A stretch of DNA of 64,000 bases from Mobula hypostoma. Lineage: Eukaryota. This document shows, one piece after another, positions 1-12,200 of this stretch. The first letter of the stretch is position 1. Each line of letters begins with the position of its first letter. Under the pieces are notes generated by a model. The model was not told the DNA's origin. It ran no database searches and saw only the letters and a list, made by a program, of their open reading frames with translations. Position numbers and translations under genes: made by a program. Where the stretch lies: NCBI RefSeq assembly GCF_963921235.1, contig NC_086108.1, positions 17,174,001 through 17,238,000 of the forward strand. The letters are read 5' to 3'.

Positions 1-162
1 CCCTGCCAGTGTCCCCTTCCAATCAAATTTGGCTAGCTCCTCTCTTGTGCCTCCGTAGTTTCTTTTACTCCACCGTCATTCTGATACATCTGATCTTAGC
101 TGCTTCTTTTCAAACTGCAGGGTGATCTATCATAGTATGATAGATATTACACTTTGGGAGAT

Positions 163-610
163 CAAATGTAAAAGGCCAGTCCACTATTAATGGCAATACC
201 CTTCATGGTAGTGATGTACAGAGGGATTATGGGGTCCAAGTCCATAGCTCCCTGAAAATGGCTGCACCAATTAATTAGGAGATAAAGTAGACGTATGGTA
301 TGTTTGCCTTTATTAGTCAAAGCATTGGATTCAAGAGTCATAACGTTATGTTGCAGCTTTATGAAACTCTGGTTAGGCTGCAATTGGAGGTTAGGCTGCA
401 TTCAATTCTTGTCACTCCATTGCAGGAAGGAAGTGGAGGCTTGAAGAGGGTGCAAGACCTTTACCGGAATGCTGCCTGGATTAGAGAATAAGGAGAGGTT
501 GGACAAATTTGAATTGGTTTCTCTTTAGTAGCTGAGAAGAGACCTGATAAAAGCTTGCAGGATTATGAGAAACATCTTTTTCCCGAGTTGAAATGTGTAA
601 TACTAGAGAG
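163..610 (+). mobile_element. Degraded CR1-type LINE, 3' RT fragment
   Basis: Similar by eye to CR1 3' sequence at 24100-24700 (gcctttattagtcaaagcattg..., aagagggtgcaagacctttacc...). Confidence 0.65.
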
Positions 611-2749
611 CCATTATTTTTTCTTTATTTCTAAAAGCTTCCCTTCACTGAGGTTAATCGATGGTCCCATTGTTTCCTGGCACACCTTTACAGCTCTGTC
701 TGATCTGGGATATTACCTTTGCTCTTTTCCAATCCTATGGTATCTTTCCTGCACCTCAGAAAGAATGGAAGATTCTAGTGAGCTCTTGTACAATCTCCAC
801 CTCCAGTTCCTTTGGACTGTATTACATTTGGTCTTGGTGATATACTTACTTCAAGCATAGCCATCCCTTCCTCCTTTTCAATTTTCATTTTCTCAATTAT
901 TTCTGTACCACCACTGCCAGTGAGAGTTTGGCAGTATCTCACCATGAAGTTGGTACTAAGCATTCATTAATGTTTTAGCCTTGCACTCTGTTTCTGTACA
1001 TCCTTCTTCATTAGTCCCCATCCCATCTTAATCCTTACTAACATCTACTGAGTATTTATAAAACTTCGTTCTATTTATGCAGTCAATGACCCTTTTCAAT
1101 TAGGCTTTGTACTCACATTTTTTTACCAGTCTACTTTCCCAGTTAACTTTAGTTGAATTATTCACTGAACATACATAATTTACTCTTGTTTTATTATACT
1201 CCCATCATTCTTTTGCAATTAGTGAGCTGTGGCCTTGGTTTCCCTGTCTTTCTCCTGTGGAAATATATCTAGTTGGTATCTGATACATCTCCTGTTCTAA
1301 AAGTCCTTGACTTTACAGTACACTAGTCAGATCCTCTCACATCCCATTATAGTTATTCCTCCTTCAATTCTGCAGTTCTGCTCTAGATTTTTTCCCTGCC
1401 CTCTCCATTATCAACCGAAGCTTTACAAATTCTTTCAAGTTCAAGGTCAGTGAAGAAAATGTGGTTGATGTGGACTTTCAAAATTATTTTGATCAGCCTC
1501 ATATGGGCATATAAATTTAAACACTGAACCCCTTAAGACAGCTCTTTCATTCAATATAAGATTGTGATTGATCTGATTGTCAATTCAGCCCCACATTGCT
1601 GATCCTCCCACATCCTCTCAAGACTCTGCAGGATTTTATGTTTCTAAACCAGCACCTATCACACCTAATTTTTTATATTTGATATCCCACCCATTCCAGA
1701 GAGCCTTCTCTGAATGAATTCCATGGAATAAGAGGCAATAGCAGGACTGATACAAAAACACAGTAAAGTGGCAGGAAATTGAGAATCAATAGATAGCTTC
1801 TATTCACACCCAAGATAAATGTACACAGTAGCTCAGAGATTTTTTTTACCAGGAGCACTGCCTTCTGAAAGGCAGATTTTAGTGCAGCAACAGAGGAATT
1901 GTAGCAAATTGTCAAGTGGATAGCAATGGACTTCCAAGAGGTTAGAGATAAACAATGGTAAATGTACCAGCTAAAAATATGAATCAACCACTTTGGAACA
2001 ATAAAGCGCAGCAACATAAAGTGTACAGCTCCAAAGAGGGGGGAAGAAGAAGAAGGAGAGATTGGGGGGAGAGAAAGAGAGAAAGAGGAAAAAGGAAAAA
2101 AAATGGATTGTTTTCGACACTGCTCTCTGGGAAAGGTGTGAAGGCTTTAGAAAATGCAGAAGACATTTACTTGAATGATTCCAGAAACAAAGAAACATTA
2201 TTAGGTGGATAGACTGAAGAAGCTGAGTTGTTCTTCTTGGAACAGAGGAAGTTGTGAGATGTTAAAATCATTAAGGGCTCCAAAAAATGATGCGGAAAAA
2301 TTACGAGTAATTTTTAAATTGTGGAAGATTGGAAAGTGCTGGTGTTGACAGGGATTTGGATATGCTTAAACACATTTCACTAAAAGATAGTATTCAGGCT
2401 CAGAATGCAATTAGGGAGGCAGATGGTAAGTCATGATGACAGGATTTGAATACAAGAGCTATCTCACCCCAATTACTTCTGGACCTTTGAGGCCACACCT
2501 GTAATACTGTGAACAGATCTGGTCTCTCTTTCTAAGAATGTTCTTACAATGAAGGTATTTACCTGATTTGATTTCTACGATGGTTGGCTTATTGTATGAG
2601 CAGTAATTAAGCAGATTTGCGCCTGAACTCTGGAGCTTAGAGAATAAGGTTAACTCATTGAAACAAGGAATTCTCATGAAACTTGGGTAGATGTAGGGAC
2701 AGCTGGGCTGTCTACAGTCAGCAATTAGAATCTCAAAATAAGCTAATAG

Positions 2750-2791
2750 CCAGAAAAGAAAACACAGGAGTATTATCATGCATCATTTATT
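2750..2791 (-). terminator. Probable STX6 polyadenylation signal with downstream GU/U-rich element
   Basis: AATAAA on the minus strand at 2786-2791, followed ~20 nt later by CCTGTGTTTTCTTTTCTG; implies a ~3.4 kb 3' UTR. Other AATAAA at 5276-5281 and 3095-3100. Confidence 0.55.
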
Positions 2792-2844
2792 TGTAAATCA
2801 CATCATCGTTTATATGAAAAAAGACACACAGTAATCTTGTAAAG

Positions 2845-3235
2845 ATTTGCATTTATATAGCACCTTTCACCAACTTCAAAACAATCCAAACACTTTATGG
2901 TCAATTAGATACTTTTCAACTGCAATTGCTGTAATGTAGGAAGTATGACATGCAATGTGTGCACACCAAGATCCCAAACAGTAATCTAACATTAACCAGA
3001 GAACTGGGTTTCCCAATGCACATGAAAGAATAAAACTGGCCAAACTACCATGGTTCATTTCTGCCCTGTTCTTTAGGATAGCGCAGTGGGATCTTTTATT
3101 TTCTATCCATCCAAAAGAACCAATAAGACCTCAGTTGGACGTTTCATCTGAAAGGTGGTGGCTTGTGGAAAGCATAGCCCTCCCCAGGTACTGCACTGGT
3201 TTCAGGGCTCTGGATTGGAATTCAAATACATGGCC
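2845..3235 (-). mobile_element. Deu-domain SINE (SacSINE1/AmnSINE1-like), decayed, inside the putative STX6 3' UTR
   Basis: Minus strand contains CCAGTGCAGTAC...CTTTCAGATGAAACGTCCAACTGAGG...AAAAGATCCCAC...TTCCTACATTACAGCA...GAAAGGTGCTATATAAATGCAAA, matching my recollection of the DeuSINE body and tail. Confidence 0.6.
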
Positions 3236-6205
3236 TTGCCAGTAAGCAACACCTGACACTAATGAGGCAGAGAAGGCCAATTTGACAAATTAGTCAAACC
3301 CCAGTGCACGATGTTGATTTGAGAATTGTTAGTAGACCCCCCAAGAAAAGCATCTGGTTGAGGGTAAGTATTGATCAGACCTAAAGCACACACATTAGAA
3401 TGGCTGATGGCAATCTGCTGTCAAATTCCTTTCATGCAAAGTGCTGTGGGGTGTGCAGATGTTGCCACCCCATTGTCAAAATGAGCAACCACAACTCCAA
3501 CAGGTGTTAGGATTTTATGGAAGTTGGGTGTTAGTGGTCAGTGCTTCACTTCTCTGAAGCTTTCATCAATGCCTGAACTATGAGATTCTGCAAGATAACA
3601 TCAAGCCACAAGTACAATAGTCTGATATAAACTTTTGACCCAAAGACATCTGGAACATTTTAACATCACACTGGCCAGTTTAGAACAACAAAATAGTTAT
3701 GATTTAAATATTTCTGTTATCACATAACCACCTTAAAGTCTTTCTTTTAAAATCATCTGAGTATATCTCATGCTGGTACTGTATTGAAAAAATTAAAATA
3801 TTTAATTTGGTTCTTGGTTTTACAAAAATAATTAACAGCAGGAGCCTGTTAGGCCCTTGAGTCAATTCCAGTGTTCAATTAGACAACAGTTATTGAGCAT
3901 TTCTTTACCATCCACCCACATTATGTCACAGCTCTTTACCAATACCAGTTATGGTGTTTTCAACCACCTCAAACTGTTGAGGCCAAGGTGTGTCTCTAGT
4001 CTTCTTCAACAGTGACCTTAAATGAACAATTCAGCAATGAAAATGTCTGGTCAGTGGTGTGAAGTACTGAAATCCAAAATGGATTTGTAGCTATGCCATG
4101 TGTACAAGCATTTCCAGCCAGTGTCCTCCTATTAAATCCTTCAACTATTTAACTAATTATAACCCCCCTTCAGATTCTTTATCTTCTAGTCACCCTCCAA
4201 TTTCAAATATTGCCCTTTTTACTGTGGCCACCCAGCTTGTGATTATGTGTGCAGGGTGAGCCCAATCCCACTGGGTTTACAGACAAAACCAGGTATATTC
4301 ACACCTGCTGTACTGCAGTTGGCAACCTGTCTGGCTCTCTTTCCCACAAAGTATCAGGGCTCAAGCAAACGTCAGCTGTTCTAACACCAACACTGCCTAA
4401 CCTGCAGCAGTTCAGCTATGCACAGGAGGGGGAGTGCTGTTCAGACTTTTGGTACAAATTATTTTGAGAGAGAGAAAGGGAAGCCTATGGACCTAACTGG
4501 TTCTGATAAGTTTTTTTTATGTGCCATTTACTGGCAGTGTAACTGTTACCTTTGGCTCTCTCCTATGGGAAGAAAGGAGACTCTAAAACTGTGTGACAGC
4601 CAAAAGACACCAGCTTTGTTTGGAGTAAAGACTGCAGAGTAGTCAGTGCTAATCGAAGGTATGATGTGTATGTGCCACGGAGATAAACATAGTATGAACA
4701 ACTTGATGGTGACAACCTCAGAGCATCTAGTTTACTTTGAACTATTTTCTTCTGTAATTTAAAGAAGTGGACTGGGAAATAACGGGGGACTATATGGTCT
4801 GTTTGAACTTGCAGGAAAGATGGTTTTATGGCAGGGTGAGGAAGGACAACAAAAACAGTTGGTTGAGTTACCAACTAATTGAAAATTAATACTGTATTTA
4901 CTTGAATTTCTCTGAGTACAGAATACTCCACCTGGGGACGACTTCACACCTTCCACCTCAATCCCCATACTCTAGCCCCTCACTTCATTCCATCTATCAT
5001 GTTAAAAAAAATCGTGTACTATGGGAATTCTGTTGCTGTTCAAATGTATGGGGGTGGTAGAGTACATTTGAACACAATCACATGCCAATGCAGAGAAATG
5101 CTACAATGCACAGAAACCTGAGGACAAGAAGTAAATTTAATACCACCTGTGAATAGCATTTTCCAAGCCCAAGGCGGTTTCACATTTGTGAACTCATTAC
5201 CCAGCCTGTTAAGACAAGCAGAGGTGGGTCAGCCACAACAGAAACATTGAGATTGTTGCAGACAGTTCCAGATTCTTTATTTCTGATACACGGGGCTAAT
5301 GGACTGCACTATACTAGTGCAACACCTCAAAGGCTACCTGTGACTCCATCACACATTTTGTTCCTGCGTAACACCTGAGTAACAATTTCCCAAGAGGAAT
5401 AATTAATGCTAGGAGATTCTGCATTGTGAATTCTCACTGAATATCTGGACATGGTCATTCATGATCTAAACCTAATCACAGATTCCTCTCTCCTCTGTTG
5501 AAAGGCGGTGGGGTTGCGGAAATCAGAGATAGCAGTGATCATAGCTTTCAGTTGATGAATAACTGCTGTTGTCTGCACAAGTTGTTTAATTATTGAAAGC
5601 ACCGCAGCCTAGCACAATTCTGGCCATACCTCTGATCTGCACATAGTACAGCAAATAGCAGGAGTTTGATCTTAATTTTACTACTTCTGTGACCAATTAC
5701 AATTACGTAGCTGACTCTGCATAAACCAATACTTAAAACTGGGGTCTTGTGGTCTGCTTGGCCAGCAGTGTACCCAACAGCCTTCTCTATACACTCAAAC
5801 CATCAAGGGCACTACTTCTAGGAGAAATATGAACTTACTCGGAAGCCAGAGGCCCTAAAACCCGCTTCCCAAATCCATGGAAAACAATATTCTTCTATCC
5901 TGTGGGGAAAAGCGCTGGGTGCAACCCTATACTTCCAATGTTCACATGACCTTGGGTAAATCCCTCAGCATTTTTGTGAATGAACAATTTAATTCGAGAC
6001 ATTCAGCTGTGACCCTGCAGGTAAAAAAATATAACAGTGATTGCTAGGAAGATGGATGGGGGGCACAAACTTTTCATACTCAGCAACCAAAGGCCCAGGG
6101 CCTGGCCAACCTAGACAGTAGCACCAGAGAGCGGCAGGTTCTTCTTCTGTCCTCCCTCTTACCACTGCTTCCCCCTCTATTCACTCCTTGCACAAACAGT
6201 TCAGG

Positions 6206-6282
6206 TTAGAGAGCAAATAACAGTATCAGCACCACAACCAAGATGATTAGTAGAACGATGATTCCACACCATTGCCGTCGAT
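6206..6282 (-). CDS. STX6: STX6 exon 8, coding part (transmembrane anchor)
   Basis: Strong polypyrimidine tract + cctacag|[45 protein letters not shown]. Confidence 0.95.
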
Positions 6283-9200
6283 CTGTAGGATGAAACAAAA
6301 AGAAAAGATGAATAAAAATCTATTTTCCTTTTCCTTGTTGACTAGGAGGGAAGTTGGTCTGGTTTATTGGTACAAAAAATGCATCATACAGAAGTCTTTT
6401 CTCAGTTGGTTTTGATTGTATGGTGAGTGATCTTCCAAACTCTTTCCTAACACTATCCCCCACCACCCTCATTAACCTAGGGTTGTCATTTGGCTCATTC
6501 CAAACAAAGCCAAGCACGGAAGGAAGTGTTTGGTCACAATGCTCCAGCTCTCACACTGAGAAGACTGGAAAATAGCCAATATTGTTCCTTTGTTTAAGAA
6601 AGGGCAACAAGAGCAAACCAGGAAATTACAGGTCAGAAACCCTCACTTCAGTGGTAAGGAAATTACTGGAGAGGATCCGTAGAGACAGGACTTAGTCTCA
6701 TTTGGAAAGGGATAGACTTACGAGGGATAATCAGCATGGCTTTGAGTGAGAGAGAGGTTATGTCTCAGTAATCTGAGATATTTTGAGGAGGTGACCAAGA
6801 TGATGGATGAAAATAGGGCAATGAAATTGTCTTCAGTGAGCATTTTACAAAATCTGTCATGGCAGGCTGGACCAGAAGAGTGAGTACATAGGATCCACAG
6901 TGAGTTGGTACATTGGATCCAAAATTAGCTTGGTCATTGAAGACTGTGGGAAATGGTGCAGGAGTGTTTTTCTAACCAGAGATCTATACAGGTTTCCCCC
7001 GCCATCCGAAGATAGAGCGTTCCTATGAAATGGTTCGTAAGCCGGAATGTCATAAAGTGAAGAAGCAATTACCACTTATTTAGATGGGAAAAATTTGTGA
7101 GCGTTCGCAGACCCAAAAAATAACCCACCAAATCATGCCAAAAAACACATAAAACCTAAAATAACAGTAACATATAGTAAAAGCAGGAATGATATGATAA
7201 ATACACAGCCTACATAAAGTAGAAATACTTTTCTACAATCATTGCTGCACTGTTCTCCGTAGCGAAAATCTCACGGAAGCACTCTAGGCAGAAACACTCT
7301 CTCCAGTAACATTTAAGCTATGAAGCTGCCAAATCATACCAAATAACACATAAAAATACACAAACTATATAAAGTAGAAATAATGTATGTACAGTGTAGT
7401 ATCACTTACCAGAATCAAGAAGTCAGTGCTGAGCACACTGATGATGGTGTGTTAGGCTGAGTCGTCAGAGGTTGGGGTGCTGCAGTGGTCCCCAACCTCT
7501 GGGTAGTGAACCGATACCGATCCGCGGAGAATGCAGCGGTAGCCAGGATGCACCCAGCACATCTTTAAGAAAAAAGCCGAAATAAACAAGCTAATTAATT
7601 AGGTGCCGTCCGGCATGTAAATGTCGGCCCAGATCAGAGACGATGCAATTGGCAATCGCCTCTGATCTGGGCCAACATTTACGTGCCGGGCAGCACCTAA
7701 TTAACTAGCACGTTTATTTCGGCTTTTTTTCTTAAAGATGTGCTGGGTGTGTCACCGCTGCAATGTATCGGTCCGCGGCCCGGGGGTTGGGGTGGTGGGA
7801 CACTGGGGTGTCATCTCATCATCGTCTGTTTCCATCAAGGCAGGCAGGTCATCGTCTTCTATGTCTGCCTGCCTCGATGTCAAAAGTCGAGGTTCGTCGT
7901 CTGCTGTGACTGATGTGGAAGGCTTGAAAAACGACAGTATGCTTGACTGCTTAGCCTTGCGCATTTTTCTATCATACAGTTCTTTGTAAGCACTCAAACC
8001 ATCCTGCAAATATGCCCTAAACCGACGTACCCTTTCAAAATTAAAGCTGTACTTTTCTGCAATAATTGCAACGAAAATCTCATGTAGTTGCTTCACGTTC
8101 AGTTCCTGGCGACTTCACTTTCAGTCCATTCGCTACTGCTTTCAGTTTTGATTGTTATCCTTTCCTCTTCTAATTGCATCAGCTCTTCATCTATCAGTTC
8201 TTGGTCATGGGATGCCAAAATCTCTTCAACATCATCTTCATCAACTTCCACAAGCCTAACTCACTTTGTCCTTACTTCGTTCACCACGATCCAAACGCTT
8301 AATTATGTCTAGTATTACGCTAAGTGTAACACCCTTATGAGCTCGTTTAGGCTTTTTCGATACCGTAGCACTCATCTTGCTAATGGTTGATCACAGGCAT
8401 GTGTTTAAGCAATGCTGGCTAGAATGTAGTTCTGGGGGAGGAACTTGGCTGCTTTTTTCGTAACAGTGAAAACACCTTCTGTTAGTGAAAACAGGTAACT
8501 AATGTAGGTCTTTCGTAACAGCGAGGTTTCGTAAAGCGAACGTTTGAAAAGCAGGGGACACCTGTAATAATTAGTGTTCCACAGGATCAGTTGCTTGTAA
8601 TACAATAAATGATCTGGATGAAAATGCAGCTGGCCAGATCAGTAAGCTTGTAGATGACCTGAAAACTGATGGACTTGTAGGAACCGAGGTTGTCACAAGA
8701 TACAGCAGAACATAGATCAGTTGGAAACTAGGGCAGAGAAATGACAGCGAGTGTTGGAACTTAAATTCAAATGCAAGTATAGAGTAAATGGCAGGGCCCT
8801 TAGGAGCACTGATGTACTTGGGGTGCAGGTCCATTACACCCTGAAAGTAGCAACACCACGGGCTAGGAGTTGTACAGCATGCGTTCCTTTATCAGTTGTG
8901 TCATTGAGTATGAAAGTTGGGAATACATATCGCAGCTGTATAATTTTTTGGTTAGCTGAAGGTTCTGGGTGCCACACAAGATGGACATGAAGGCTTTGGA
9001 GAGGATGCAAACGAGGTTTACCAGAATATTGCCCTGATTGGATATATTAGTAATAAGGAGATTGGACAAACTTGGACTGTTATGTCCAAGTTTGGAAGGT
9101 GACGGGTAACCTGACAAAGAACATAGAATGATGACAAGCATTGATAAGGTAGATAAGAGTCTTTTTTCAGGGTAGAGATGTCAAATGTTTTGAGAGACAG

Positions 9201-12200
9201 ATTTAAAGTGAGAGAGGGAAAGTTTAAAGATTTACGAAGTAAATTTTACACTGAGAGCAGTAGATGCGCGGAATTCACCGTTGGGAAGGTGATAGAAGTA
9301 GACACAATAGCAACAGTCACGACAGACACATGAACATGAAGGGAATAGAGGGTATGGGCCATATGCTGGCAGATGGGATTAGTTTGATTGGCATCATGGA
9401 CATGGTTGGTTCAAGGGTCTGTTACTTTGCTGTGATGTTCTACGTATCTCCTTGTGAGCTTCCATCATTGTAACTTTATCTTCCAATCTTGTTTAAACAG
9501 AACTTCAAATGTGTCTTTTAGTTGTTATAACCAGGCAAGTAGTCAGATTAAATGAAGATCCATCTTATCCACAGTAATAGATACATTTTGCCCAAGTGAA
9601 AGACAAGTCCAAAGTTTGTGCATTGCTGTCTAACATGGAAGGACATCTGCAATGAAGGAGATACTACCACTGGGATTAGACTGTAGGCTGAGGCACGGAC
9701 AAAAAAAAACTCCATTTCAGACGGAAAAAGGTGCTCCGATGCTAATATTTATCTCTCAACAAGCACCTTAAAATAACTTGCTCGATATTCACACATTGTT
9801 GTTGGTAAGATCTAATTGCCTGAGTTGGCTACTGTATTTCCTAGTGTATTTCTAGAACGGTTTTTGCACGAGGCCAATTCAAGATAATGAAAGGCACTGA
9901 TTTGTAACCTGTCAAGGCAGAATCAACAGTGATGTAAAACTGACTACTACTTCTTGGGTAGTTACATGAGGATGAGAGGAGATGCAAGGAGTGAACAGAA
10001 AAAAAAGAACACAACAAAGCAAAGGTAAGTGAGGCAAACACTTTGCACTGTACTTTTAAATAAACCAACAAGAATACTGTACTCCTCCTAAGTACTGATA
10101 CATTGACGCCTATTCTATGAGAGAACAAGGCTGAGAAAGTAAACAGTGCCATGGTGACAATAATCTTCCACTCAGCAGACTACACGGCGCAGTCACCGGT
10201 TAGTTTGTCCTGTAGCGATGCTCATACAGCAGGTATTAGTTACATCCAAAAAAAACCATTACACACTTTTTCCATGTATACAAGAAAACCTACAGATGCT
10301 GGAAATCCATAGCAACACACACAAAATGCTGACAAACTCAACAGGCCAGGTAGCATCTATGGAAAAAAGTAAATAGTCAACAATTTGGACCAAGACCCTT
10401 CTCAGCCTGAAATATCAGCTGTTTACATTTTCTCAACATTCAAATACAACCAGGCTTATAGTTACTTCAAGTGTGCCTGCACCATCTGGCTTGAAACAGG
10501 CACCATAAAAAAGCCTGGTTCATTTGCTCATGGGAACTAGAGAGAGGTGTCAGGAAAGTCACTCCCAGAGGGGTTATGTACCTTAGTTATTTCCTAAGCA
10601 ACTTCTGGTAGGAATTACCTTCCTTTCAGGGTTATATGGAGCTTGCCTGGGTGTACAACTATCCATGCCAGAATACCTGGGACACTCACTGTTAGACTCA
10701 TCACTTTGTCAGGATCCAAGAACGTTGCCTTGGCATAACTCTAGCTGATGCTTGACCCACCACATGAATGCACCTATCACACAATGAAGCTCATACACAG
10801 GAAGGCAGGGCTGAAAGCAGGAAGCAGCCCATCTTAATTAAAGGGATTCTTAATTACTTTTGGGTCTACTGGAGCCAGATTTGGAAGAATTTTTTTAGGC
10901 ACAGCAGAATCTGAATCTGTGAGAAATGAAAAAAATTGACTGACATTAGTGAAGATCTCTATGTACCAGCATTACATGATTGTTATGCCTCTGACCTAGA
11001 CAACACCACACTGTAGGAAGGGTCTTGTCCTGAAATGTTGGCTATTAACTCTTTTCCATAGTTGCTGCCTTGTCTGCTGAGTTCCTCCAGCACTTTTGTG
11101 TGTGTTGACCACACCGCAGGAGTTTGAAGACAACTGTGTGCAGAAGTAAAGATCTTTGAGCACCATTCCTGGACTGCTCCATCTGTGGACATCAAAAATT
11201 CCTGCATCTTGTGGTCTCAGGGATTTTCCAGGCAGTGGAGATATTGATGCTAAAACTTGCAGCATGAGCACTTTCAAGTAAACTTGCTACCCAAGGGGAA
11301 GGAAATTCATATCCTGCAGTGGGCAGCAATGACCACCAATCTGCTGAAATTGATGATTCATTCTGTGCATAGGTGGCACTCAGGGTTACATGTGTGAACC
11401 GTAATCATTCATCAGCAGGGATGGCTCTAAACTAACCGTTTAGACAATAGCCTATCATCACTGATCCTGTGATCAATACTGTGCACCCAGGAAGCACAGG
11501 ACAGTGTGATCAAATTCTGCTAAAACCTCATTTTCAAGTTGAGGATGACACCACCGTAGCAGGCCTGACCTCAAAACAATAATGAGAGAGAACATAGGAT
11601 GGAAACAGAGAGCAAGCTGGCTTGGTGTCAAGACAAGCTTTCTCTCAATATCAGCACAACGAAGGAGCTGCTAATCTACTTCAGGAAACAGAACAGAGTA
11701 CATGCCCCTGTCTGTATCAATGGTGCTGAAGTGGAATTAGGTGACAGCTTCAAATTCTTTGGTGTAAACATCGGCAACAACTTATCCTGGACCAACCATG
11801 TAGGCCCAATAAAGTACACCAATGCTTCAACCTACTCTTAGCCTTAAGGAAATTTGGCATGCCCCCAATGACTTTCACCAAATTTTATAGAAAGCATCCT
11901 ACCTGATTCATCCTGCTTGGTATTGCAACTGCTGTACCCAGGATTGCAAGAAATTCCAGAGAGTTGAATGGGGATGCATTCATATCACAAAAAACAGCTT
12001 TTGTTCCATTGACTCTGTCTACATTCTCACCGTCTCACAAAAGCAGAATCAGAATCAGGTTTATTATCACCGGCATGTGTCGTGAAATTTGTTAACTTAG
12101 CAGCAGCAGTTCAATGCAATACATGACCATATAGAAAGAAAACAATAAAATAAGTAAATCAACTAAGTATATATATGTATAGTAAGTAGATTAAAATAGT

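Larger units (their letters stand above)
6560..9445 (+). mobile_element. Degraded CR1 LINE (RT to 3' tail), split by a Tigger insertion
   Basis: RT remnants (aatattgttcctttgtttaagaaaggg, cagcatggcttt, gtgttccacaggatcagt) continue on both sides of 6989-8564. Confidence 0.75.

Noticed and set aside
2030..2105. Purine-rich tract giving a Lys/Arg-rich ORF (1955-2212)
   Set aside because: Low-complexity sequence; no coding evidence
9841..10152. 103-aa hydrophobic ORF on the STX6 strand
   Set aside because: No recognisable homology; composition is explained by T-rich sequence; no splice link to STX6 in this frame
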